Assembly: GCA_001662655.1 (NCBI GenBank)
Contig: KV460294.1
Reading direction: 5' to 3' (one strand)
DNA length: 34,902 nt
DNA from: Pseudogymnoascus verrucosus
Taxonomy: Eukaryota
The translations under genes were made by a program, and so were the position numbers. The notes under the pieces were generated by a model. It was not told where the DNA came from, made no database searches, and worked only from the letters and a program-made list of their open reading frames with translations. This document shows, in pieces, positions 1 to 9,999 of this stretch; the first letter of the stretch is position 1, and the number at the start of each line of letters is the position of its first letter.

Positions 1-1516
1 CTCTACGCTTCTAGATAATTAAGCGTAAGTTATCACACTCTCTTTTCTGAAGGGTGTTGCGTGTATTAAGGCGTTCTGACTCATCTGCTAACTTATTGAT
101 ATATCGCTTTATAAGAGTATTTAAAACACCTTAATTTAAGGCTGTAGAGAGCATAGAATTTGCTTTTTAGAGTGTTTGAAAGTCAGGTGGACTGCTGTTT
201 AAGAATACCTTCTCAAAAATATCATGCTCTGTAGGAGTATGTGGGCGTTCTAATATAACGTCTGTTGTAGGAAGCGTAGCTGCCCGAATGACTGTTTGTG
301 GTTGAAATGGCTGTAGCCCACTCCCTCTCTAAGCAGAAGTGATATTTACATTTGAAAAAGCAGCTGCTCTTGCAGTAATGTATGCCTCTATCCATTCCAA
401 CTTCCGTATACGTAGTAGTTGTGCTTCATTTAGGTGCAAGAGGGCTGTTGTAAGGTGTTTCTTTAAAGGTCCAAAAATTGCAACATCAAGTGGCTGTAGA
501 ACATGAGATGTATGAGGAGGTATTATAAGGAGCGATATTCGATTTTGAATACAGTGTGATATAAAGCTTCCACTTATATGGCTATCATGACCGTCGCAAA
601 TAAGGAGGCGTTGTTGTAGTTTTCCATTTTGTGTTGCTTTTGCTCTTGTAGAGGGCTCAAAAACGCGTTTTAGCTACTCTAATCCATAAAGATTGCTTGT
701 CCATCCTTTTGTGTTTGCAGAGAAGTGCCATTTTTGTATAACCTCCTTCGGAATCCAGCTTTGTAGGATGTTCTGTCCTTTAAGAATAATAAGGGGCTTA
801 ATAGCTGTTCCGTCCATACAGATGCATTTAACAGCAGACACCCATTCCTGTCGGCTAGGATGAGCTTGAAAACGCGTACGGAGTGTAGAATCGACTATAA
901 TTCGTGTAGATTGCATAGTTCCAATTGAAAATCCAGTCTCATCCATATTGTAGGTGTTGTAGTTTTCGATTTTTTGCTCTGTTATAAGGCCCTTATACGC
1001 GTCAAACCACCCCTTTAACACCTACTTTGTAACCCCATTCATCCTTTGTGCCTCAACTCTACGTCCTAACTTAACACGTAAGTTAGGATGCCTTTAAATG
1101 AATCGTGGCACCCACTCTTGCCTAAGAGGTAAGTTAGGTATTTGAGGTTGTTGAGTTTGAGGTTGTTGTTGTAGTTGTAGGTGTTGAGGCTGAAAAACGC
1201 GACACTTATTTGACCGAACTTCGTCTGCAACCTCACGTAATATCCGATGGCTAGGAGCGTAGCCACTTGCAGTAAGCTCCTTAATCCACTTTAAGAGGAC
1301 AATTTCCTGATTTTTTGACAATAGCTGGTTAGGTAATTGCGCTTCAGCCTGTACACGCTGTACACCACTTACGCGTTTACGTACAGTGTCTGGCCATAGC
1401 CCTAAGGCTATAGCTGCAGCATTTGAAGATTTATATTTTCCAGTCTGTACTCCTAGAACAGCTTCAGAAAGTCGTAAATTGCGCTCCTGAGCCTTTATAC
1501 TCCTACGCTTAACCAT
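1..1516 (-). pseudogene. RIP-inactivated DD35D transposase of copy A
   Basis: One frame from ATG 1516 is broken by stops that look like C>T/G>A changes (e.g. TAA at 1094-1096 from CAA; TAG at 674-676 replacing Trp in GLE-W-LK). ORF-track pieces 1094-1516 and 674-1021 share this frame. Confidence 0.9.
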
Positions 1517-1576
1517 TATAGTAGTGTTGGTGGTTGTAGTTAGGGGTTTGGTGGATTAGTCCTAGATTTTGGTGGG

Positions 1577-1636
1577 GTAGCAGGTCTGGCCATGTAGCAG
1601 GTCTGGCCATGTAGCAGGTCTGGCCATGACCTACGT
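1577..1636. repeat. Terminal repeat of copy A: 3 x 17-bp GTAGCAGGTCTGGCCAT plus terminal GACCTACGT
   Basis: Exact copies at 1577-1593, 1594-1610 and 1611-1627. Confidence 0.93.
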
Positions 1637-1638
1637 TA

Positions 1639-3050
1639 GCCGTTCTAATACTACTATGTCTATAGTAGAGAGCGTAGCTGCTTAAATGACTGTCTATAGC
1701 TAGAATAGCTATAGACAGTCATTAGCCTACTCCCTCTCTAAGCAGAAGTTATATTTGAAGTTAAAAAAAGCAGCTACTCTTGCTTTTATATATGCTTCTA
1801 GCTACTCTACTTTCTATATTTATAGGAGTTGCACCTTATTTAAGTGTAAGAGAGCAGTTGTAAGGTATTGCTTTAAGGGCTTAAAAATCGAAATATTAAG
1901 TAGCTATAGAACATAAGATATATAAGGAGGTAGTATAAAGAGCGATATTCAATTTTAAATATAGTATAATATAAAGCTTCTACTTATATAGCTATTATAG
2001 CTATTACAAATTAGAAGCCGTTACTATAGTTGTCTATTTTATGTTGCTTTTGCTCTTATAGAGAGCTTAAAAACGCGTTTTAACTACTCTAATCTATATA
2101 GATTGCTTATCTACCCTTTTATGTTTGTAAAGAAGTGCTATTTTTGTATAACTTCCTTTAGAATCTAACTTTGTAGGATATTCTGTCCTTTAAAGATAAT
2201 AAGAGGGTTAATAGCTGTTCTGTCTATATAGATGCACTTAACTGTAGATACCTATTCCTATTAGCTAGGATAAGCTTAGAATTGTATATAGAGTGTAGAA
2301 TTAACTATAATTTGTGTAGATTATATAGTTCTAATTAAAAATCTAGTCTCGTCTATATTATAAGTGTTGTAGTTTTCGATTTTTAGCTCTGTTATAACGC
2401 TCTTATACGCGTTAAACTACCCCTTTAATACCTCTTTTGTTACCTTATTTATCCTTTACGCCTTAACTCTACGTTTTAACTTAACGTGTAAGTTAGGATA
2501 CCTTTAAATAAATTATAGAACCTAATCCTGCTTAGGAGGTAACTTAGGAGATATTTAAGGTTATAGTTGTTAAGTTTAAGGTTGTTGTTATAGGTGTTGT
2601 TGTTAAGGCTAAAAAACGCGAAAAACGCAACACTTATTTAACTAGACTTCATCTGCAACCTTACGTAATATCTAATGGCTAGGAGTGTAGCCGCTTATAG
2701 TAAGCTCTTTAATCTACTTTAAAAGTGTCTTTTCTTAGTTTTTTAAAAGGAGTTGTTGTTGTTAACGCGCTTCTGTTTGCGTTAGTATACCCTATACGCG
2801 TCTCTGCATAGTATTAGGTCTTAAGTTCAAAGCAATAGCTACAGCTTAAGCAGATTTGTATTTTCTAGTTTGAATTCCTAGAACTGCTTCAGAAAGTCGT
2901 AAATCAAGCTCTTGAGCCTGTTTATTCCTCCGTCTAACCATTCTACTAGTATAAGCATTGTTAAGTAGTTTGGTGGTTCTGTCCTAGATTTTGGTGGGGT
3001 TTTTAGAATCGCCGCTTACGCCATGTCGCCGCTTACGCCACGACTTACGT
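1639..3050 (-). mobile_element. Fot1/pogo-family transposon, copy B, heavily RIP-mutated and interrupted by copy A
   Basis: Colinear with ~245-1636 of copy A, with many CA>TA/TG>TA changes. ATG at 2941 (MVRRRNKQAQELDLRLSEAVLGIQT...) is followed by many TAA/TAG stops. It ends with 2 x 17-bp TCGCCGCTTACGCCAYG (3009-3042) + ACTTACGT, then TA at 3051-3052. Confidence 0.9.
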
Positions 3051-3054
3051 TACG

Positions 3055-3122
3055 TTATGCTAGTAGGTTTATATAAAGAATAGACCTTTAGAAATAAATA
3101 AGTTTTTCCCTTCTAAGCTTCC
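3055..3122. repeat. Fragment of the same repeat family as the 9320-9790 inverted-repeat element
   Basis: TATGCTAGTAGGTTTATATAAAGAATAGACCTTTAGAAATAAATAAGTTTTTCCCTTCTAAG matches the reverse complement of ~9346-9433 (with an internal deletion) and, directly, ~9603-9691. Confidence 0.7.
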
Positions 3123-4217
3123 CCCCCGACTCTGTCCCTCTCCACCGTCGCTCCTCCCTCCCAACGTGCAAATCAGCTCGGCGGCTTCGAGCACTCGAGC
3201 TTTGTCAAGCCTGAGGCAGAGGGAAAAAATGCTTCTCTTGTGACGGCTATGATTGTTGCTGCATTCCTATAACCTGCTCGGTGATGCGGAGGATTAGCAC
3301 ATTTTTGACGTTTTGGGCGCTCAGGAACGGCTTTGCAGAAACCGTCCAGTAAGGGGCAGGCGTACCTTTGTCTGTATTTTAGCCGACAGAGTTCGGAGAG
3401 GGTGGTTTGAGGCTTGCAGATAGGTGCTTTGGGGATGTTTTAGAGGGTTTAGATACGGAGAGGGGTTGGGTGTACTTGTTGGCGGAGAGTCAAGGGCTGC
3501 GGGTTGTGTTGGCAGGTTATACCTTGGTGTGGGCATCGAGGGACTGGGTGCGAGGCGCAGGGTTTGATTCGTGGGTCCGATGTGGGCGCTGTTCTGGATG
3601 AGACGCCCTGGGAGGGGCAGCGCTGCGAAGTGTACCTTGATCGCTCTAGCGTTCCTCCCTAGCTGATTAAGACACGGACCTCCAACACAGACATACCCAC
3701 CCGTCCACGCTAGCGTGAAGTCGAATATAAATCTCAGCCTTCAGATTCACATCAATACTTCAAAGAACTATACCAATCAAAAACATGCTGAGGGAATCAA
3801 TGTTTGAGAGAGAAGCATGCACAGTCACGACTGCAGATTCTGTATACGGAAACCCGACCTCGCTTTGCTTTCAGCTGGTATCATCCCTACTGATCATCTC
3901 GCAGACTTCCTGAACGGCCGTCTCTGATCTCACCACGCAAGCCTTTTTGTTCTCTGTTTCAGTCAAGCCGATGGCTAGCTACCACAGTTGTGGTTTTCGT
4001 GTTGAGACTCCTGTAGTCCATCAGGTGGGCATTTGGCTCAGCTCATCACAATTGACGCTGCCATCAGGCAGCCCTTGATGTCACTCTTCGCCTCATGAGG
4101 TAAGTTCCCCTAGTCGTCTCTCCACTCTTGGCCCGATCCAGCGCAGTCTGGACTCATTTGGCCCTCCTGATTCAGCAGTGTAACGCCAGATCTGTGCATG
4201 GAGACTGGCGGCGGTGT

Positions 4218-4476
4218 TTCCGCGGCTGCAGAACCCTGTGCGGCGAGAAAGCAACGAATTCGGAACTCTAATAGAGTTCTTGGGAAACCCCTTTAGGAGA
4301 TCTGTCTGAAACATTAGACATCAGATACGAGCTACTAGGAGATATTCGAAAGAACCCCGGAGCCTAGCTTCGTCCCAACGCCTACGGGCTGGAGGGATCT
4401 GCAATGAACTGCTGAGGATCTCCTCCCAGTCTTTAAAGAGACATGTCTGCGGTATTTCGCTGAGGCCTTTGAGCTC
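4218..4476 (+). pseudogene. Degenerate fragment resembling a 2OG-Fe(II) dioxygenase (IPNS/flavonol-synthase-like)
   Basis: Manual translation gives FRGCRTLCGEKATNSEL**...GDLSETLDIRYELLGD...*..., then after a frameshift DLQ*TAEDLLPVFKETCLRYFAEAFEL. This resembles the FRGY..GE / DLxExFDIGYE / NQWP...LPGF...Y blocks of this family. Recognised by eye only. Confidence 0.45.
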
Positions 4477-5191
4477 CAGCAGATGAGCACAAAACATGTG
4501 ACAGGAGTGAGACATAGGGGCACAGTTCCGTTTTTACCCATGAAGTGCTATGCAACGCGGTTTATTAGGCAGATACGTAACCAGTTAACCATATTCAGAA
4601 GATTAGTGTTGGTCATTGTCCTTACATGAAGGCTCATATCCGGAGGGCTGTTTCGCATGTAGTAAGCATAGGAGAGACACCTGGGATATATTTTTCACGA
4701 TGAAGGTGTAGATCACCATGTCACAAGATAATAACTCATTTGAAGGTTACGCAGGAATGTCTTCGAGTTAACAAGTCTCCACAGAAGAGTTGGATCAGGT
4801 TCAACTTTGCAGATTTGACTTACCTAAAGCCTGCGCATTTCGCTATTTCAATAGGCACGATAACAGCTTTTGTCTCTGCTGATGCATTCCCAGCCAGTGA
4901 ATGGAATCTTTACAGGCGTACAGTTCATATGCCAGGGTCTGCTTTAATCTCAGCTCTACTTCTGTCTCGGAACGAATTCTGTGACAGTGAGGTACACTGT
5001 TTATTATTTCTCAGCCCGAGTAGTCCACGTGTAGGGATTTTAATGAAGACATCGGGAGTTGGATAGGGTTTATCTTGTAGCTAAACGAAAGGCCAAGGTA
5101 TAAAAGCCTTGATATATTGCATTACGCTTTTTATCTCCTTAAACTTTCTCAAATTCTCTCAGGCGGCCTCTTATTTATTTGAAGTTTGAAG

Positions 5192-7389
5192 ATGCGTTTC
5201 TTCCTCCTATTTATATCTGTCCTCACAACAGAGTTGATTGGGGTAGCCTCTGCAGCGACTCACAATGAACATTTTATCCCAGATGCAGTTCTCCGAGTCA
5301 CCGAAGAGGAGAGAAAACAGTCTTGTGTGCCACTGAAAGATATTTTAGTTGTCAACGGTACCAGTCCAGGGCCAACCCTCAAATTCACGGAAGGCAAGAC
5401 GGTTTGGATCAGAGTCTACAATGATATTGCTCATCAGAACCTTACGATGGTAAGATCCAACGCAGCTTCCTTATGCTCATCTAGACAATCCATGACATAT
5501 ATGGAGACTTATGTGGCCACTCTCAGCTAACTGTCAACTAGCATTGGCATGGTCTTACTATGGCAACAGCCCCATTCTCTGATGGAACTCCTCAGGCTTC
5601 CCAATGGCCCATTCCTCCTCACCATTTCTTCGATTATGAGCTTCATGTGCCAATTGGTTATGCGGGAACATATTTTTATCATTCGCACGTTGGTCTCCAG
5701 GCTATCTCTGCTGCAGGGCCGTTAATTGTAAGGAACATTTTCTATTCACTTAAGTTGGTGCTTTTTTCTTGTACTAATACACTACAGATCGAGGATAAAG
5801 ATACCCCCCCGTATAACTACGATGATGACCTTATTATTTTCCTACAAGACGTCTTCGAGTACAGCGATGAAGTTCTAGAAGAAAAATTGCTAGCTGTCCC
5901 TATAGCATATCAAGGGTCTCAAGAAATGGTACTTATTAACGGGAAAGGAAGTGGTATTGTTTCATCAGAACTAGGCAAGCCATGCGATGATTCATTGTCT
6001 GTTATTGATGTTGAACCTGGGAAAACTTACAGAGTAAGGCTTATTGGTGGAACTGCCTTATCATTTAATCTTCTAGCTATTGAGGGCCATGATACTATTA
6101 AAGTGATCGAAGCTGATGGGTATATCTCCTTATATCCTCTCTTTTGCTAATGAAACTGACAATGAATAGGGCCTACACTGAAAGGCATGAGGTTTCACTT
6201 ATGCAAGTTAGCCCAGGCCAACGATACAGTTTCCTTCTCGATACCCTCGAAACGCCAGATAAGCAATACTACTATATACAGCTAGAGAGTCGCGAATTTG
6301 GAAATAATACTCGGTCGTTTGCAGTCCTTAACTACGGTCCTCCGCAAACTGAGTCCTCTCCTCCAGTCTATCCACCAGCTTCGCCTCCTATCACCTTACC
6401 ACAGACAGACCCTAATTGGCTAGAGTACTCGCTTCGGCCCTACAATGATTCACAAAACCCTACTGCATCAATTAACGCACTTGATTTCCCTACTGCAGAG
6501 GAAGTGACTCGAAGAGTTAATATCACTTCTTATCTAGATTTTCCCAACTATGGCTTGCTCTACAAAATAAATGGCCAAACCTGGAAGGAGGATCTTGTGC
6601 AGGAGCCTTTTCTTGTCAGCCTCTACAAGGATGGCGGCTCCAACTGGCCGTCTATGGAGCGTGCTCTTCAGCATGATGGTTTAGACCCAGTCACTTACGC
6701 TTTCCCAGCGGTTATGGGAGAGGTGATTGAGATTGTGGTCCAAAGCACCGGGACTGCGTTTGGTACAACAGAGACGCATCCATGGCATGCTCATGGAGCC
6801 CATTACTGGGATTTGGGTTCTGGAGAGGGTGTATACAATCGCGAGGAAAATGAAGCAAAATGGCGTAGGTCTATAGGACACCCCGTCAAGAGAGAGTATG
6901 TAACCCTACCCCTGTCTCCCAAACTTCAGTAGCTTCCAGAAGGACGTCTGGGGGCACTGGGCGAGAGCCTTACTGAGAACATCAACACTAATCTTAGGAT
7001 AGTACGACAAACATTTACATGTATGGCGGACAAGCACCGCCTGGAACACTCACAGCATGGAGGGCTTGGAGACTTAGGATTAATCACCCAGGTGTTTGGA
7101 TGATTCACTGCCATATTTTACCTCATATGGTGTGGGGCATGAACTCTGTGAGTTTTTATATTTTGAGAGTAATTAGGCATCTTCAGAGATACTACTAATA
7201 CGTTTATTACAGGCTTGGGTTATGGGAAACCAGACTGAAGTGCTCACATTGATTGACACACCAGAAGTGGAAGGATACCTTACGTACGGAGGGAGCGTAG
7301 TTGGGAATGAGACCCACCCCCCAGAGGTCGTTGAATACTTCCCCCTTAGCGACTGGGAAGATGGTCGAGTAGGCAATGAAGACAATTAA
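5192..7389 (+). CDS. Secreted multicopper oxidase (AA1, fungal ascorbate-oxidase/laccase-like), ~607 aa; exons 5192-5449, 5542-5727, 5788-6119, 6170-6895, 7003-7147, 7213-7389
   Basis: Signal peptide MRFFLLFISVLTTELIGVASA. All four Cu motifs are present after splicing: HWHG, FYHSH, HPWHAHGAHY, HCHILPHMVWGM (axial Met). Five GT-AG introns with CTAAY/CTGAC-type branch sites keep the frame (1824 nt total). Confidence 0.95.
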
Positions 7390-7911
7390 GCTTCCGGATA
7401 GAAGCAGGTAGTCAGGATGATGTTGTCGAGAGCAACAGAGGGAAGGTAGGAAGTGAAGGCAAATGTGTTCAAGCGATGTGATAATGCTAGGCCTTATTGT
7501 TTTCACAAATAACAAATGATACTGATTACTTGTTCTGGTGCTGACAAAAAACTGTCTTCCCCTATTAATTGGCTCCCATGTTTTGATGCTGTACGTCGCT
7601 GATGGTATTCGCTGGGAATTAGGATGTAGGCGGTCCGTCTCATGAAGAAGACCAAGTTTGGATGATGTATGTTCGCTGATGTTATTCGCTGGGATTTAGA
7701 CGTAATTCTCGTCGGCCATAGGCACTCTTCCTAAATGATTTTACATAAGCGAATTTCACTTTTTGGATTTTTACTTCTCTTACTAACTTATACCACAAAG
7801 ATCTCAGACGAGCCACCTCTCATGGAGCGCCTAAGGATATAGAAGGGGGTATGGAGCTCATTGTGTTTATTTAAGGCGGCCGAGGCGTTTTGACATTAAT
7901 TTGTAATCGTA

Positions 7912-7973
7912 GACGCTCAGCAATTGTCGCTCGGCGATGGTACCACCATGCCGAGCGACAATTGCTCAGCGTC
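7912..7973. other. GC-rich stem-loop (28-bp stem, 1 mismatch, 1 bulge, 3-nt loop)
   Basis: GACGCTCAGCAATTGTCGCTCGGCGATGGT-ACC-ACCATGCCGAGCGACAATTGCTCAGCGTC; the arms are reverse complements. Confidence 0.85.
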
Positions 7974-8548
7974 ACCATGCGCAGAACTCACCATCTAGTG
8001 GCGTCCATATCTCGCATTCTACGTTCGACTGCCCTTATCCAGCCATCGCGAAAGACGAAGAAACTGCGCTGGTCAAAATAGTTTTTGGCGATGTCCTTGA
8101 ATTCAAGGTCCTCAAAACCTTCATAGAATTATTTCAAGTCGGGCCTAGTCGATAAGCCACCACTATACACACAAGTAAAACCTACTTGAACCTTGGAGAA
8201 GTAAGGGTCTATTAGTATTAGTGCGATCTTGGAGCATTTTCAAAAAGGCATTCAAGATCGTAATCTTAGGCACGTGATAAGATTTTAGGTGTTCGGGGCT
8301 AGGTAAAGCAGCAACCAGCGCCCAGCTGAAAACAGCAGCTTAGATACCAATCTTGCATAATGTTAGAATTATAAATTAATGTCTTAGAGTATAACTTCTT
8401 CTTTATGGATAATATATAGGTTCTATATATCTACAATTTTTCTATCTTAATAGAATAGCTAATATTAAATTAAGGAAGGCTTTAATAAGTTAGTTCTTAC
8501 GCATTTTAGAGAGTTTGGCTTATACATATTTCTACTAGAGTATTTATA

Positions 8549-8841
8549 ACGTAAGTCATGGCGTAACCGGCACAATGGCGTAACCGGCATAATGTCACTT
8601 TACACTGAACTTTGTATAGAAAGGTACTTACTTCTAATGATTTTTGAAATGATCATAACTTTTGCATTTTTGACTGTACAGCTTAGCTCTTTTGTATGGT
8701 AATAGTACGCATATTGTTCTATTATGTATAGAAGCTATAAAATATTCACGACCTTATTAAAAAAGTTGATTTTTTTTGGTGAGGGAACAACACATGATTA
8801 TGCCGGTTACGCCATTGTGCCGGTTACGCCATGACTTACGT
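8549..8841. mobile_element. 293-bp pogo-type MITE with perfect 45-bp TIRs and TA TSD
   Basis: ACGTAAGTCATGGCGTAACCGGCACAATGGCGTAACCGGCATAAT at 8549-8593 and its exact reverse complement at 8797-8841. TA at 8547-8548 and 8842-8843. Confidence 0.95.
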
Positions 8842-9319
8842 TATAGACAAGCAATACTATGTATAAAAACAAGTAGCATAACTTATATAATGATACATCT
8901 TATATAACAAGCAATACTTTGTACAAACGAGTGATACGTTATATAGTTTGTCTATACAAACGAAAAAAAACCCTTTATATTAAGTAATAATAAGCAATAA
9001 GTAAGTAAAAGAAATAGTATATAAAGAAGATGGCTATAGAGGTATATATCTACCTTTATATACTAAAGTATAGGAAGCTAAGGGAGTATGTTAGAGTTTA
9101 TAAACTAACCTAAGACTACTACTATAAAGAGTAGGCGTTCTACTTTTGCATAGTTTAATGGTTTTAACAAATATATGCATTTATATAATAACCTAGAATA
9201 TATTTAGGAAATACGTACCTATGTAATAATTTAAAACACGTATAGTAACCTATAACCTATAACACGTAGTATAGAAGATAAAACTTAGGACTTAAAACAG
9301 ACATAGAATAGACATATAG

Positions 9320-9790
9320 TATTGTTAGCTTTATAGGGATTAAAGCCTTAGAAGGAAAGAACTTGTATATTTCTAAAGGTCTAATTCTATGTTTATACAA
9401 AGGATATTCCTTTTGTATAAACCTACTAGGATACTACTCTACACGTGCCCTAAGTTATCACGTGAGCTGTACCTTCTACACCCTATGTTCTAGGTTATTA
9501 CATGGTGTTGTTGTTCCTACACGTGTTCTAGGTTATCACGTGAGTGTTTGGTTGTTTGTTTACACGTGACATTGTTGTCATATGCTTTGCTACTCTAATA
9601 ATTATGCTAGGAGATTCACATAAAGAGTGAAGCATTTATATAAACCCTAACTTAGATCTTTAGAAATATACAAAAAAAATCTTCTAAGCTTATGCCCCTA
9701 AAACATTAACTTAAAGTCATCTATGTTTAGCCGTTTTTGTACTTAAAGTTTTTTCCTTCTAAGACTTTAATCCCTATAAAGCTAACAACA
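9320..9790. mobile_element. Unclassified non-autonomous inverted-repeat element (MULE/foldback-like?)
   Basis: 45-bp IR 9320-9364 / 9746-9790 with 3 mismatches, plus a second degenerate ~110-bp IR ~9330-9440 / ~9598-9705. Internal hairpin at 9391-9422 and internal repeats carrying CACGTG. Confidence 0.6.
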
Positions 9791-9999
9791 GTACTGTTCT
9801 TAATTTCTTAAAAAATGCAAGGGAGCTACGGGCTGTATTTATTTATTATAAAAAAAATCTAAACTTTATAAAGATGAATTCTATTTTTTTTATTAACAGA
9901 CAGTTAATGGGATTACTAATTATACATGATGATATACATTTAATTTAAATGTCAAATATCTAGTTTACTAAATATAATTTATGTCCGCCATATAAGTTA

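Larger units (their letters stand above)
1..1636 (-). mobile_element. Fot1/pogo-family (Tc1/mariner) DNA transposon, copy A; other end lies outside the window
   Basis: Minus strand encodes a pogo transposase (HTH N-terminus, YNMDETGF, ICDGHDSH...QPLDV with 35 residues between the 2nd and 3rd Asp). The element ends ...GACCTACGT at 1636, followed by TA (1637-1638). Confidence 0.92.

Noticed and set aside
1577..1627. 17-bp direct repeats as a CRISPR-like array
   Set aside because: No spacers; they are the subterminal repeats of a pogo TIR in a eukaryotic genome.
3200..3660. Possible minus-strand gene fragment with an intron-like GTACGC...GCTAAT...CAG segment
   Set aside because: All frames are short or interrupted and I recognise no protein family.
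6988..7002. Tandem TAG acceptors (6997 vs 7002) in MCO intron 4 as regulated splicing
   Set aside because: The first AG is only ~5 nt from the branch site and would frameshift; nothing suggests it is used.
7582..7704. ~47-bp degenerate direct repeat whose minus-strand translation (SQRIPSA/SQRITSA) hints at WD40
   Set aside because: The spacing of ~76 bp does not fit 126-bp WD40 repeats and the similarity is too short to call.
3055..9364. Pack-MULE/composite transposon carrying the multicopper oxidase
   Set aside because: The two IR-family ends, and the nearest pogo ends, point their outer tips toward the gene. The gene therefore lies between elements rather than inside one, and no shared TSD was seen.
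9641..9650. TAAACCCTAA as an interstitial telomere
   Set aside because: Only one CCCTAA unit; expected by chance.
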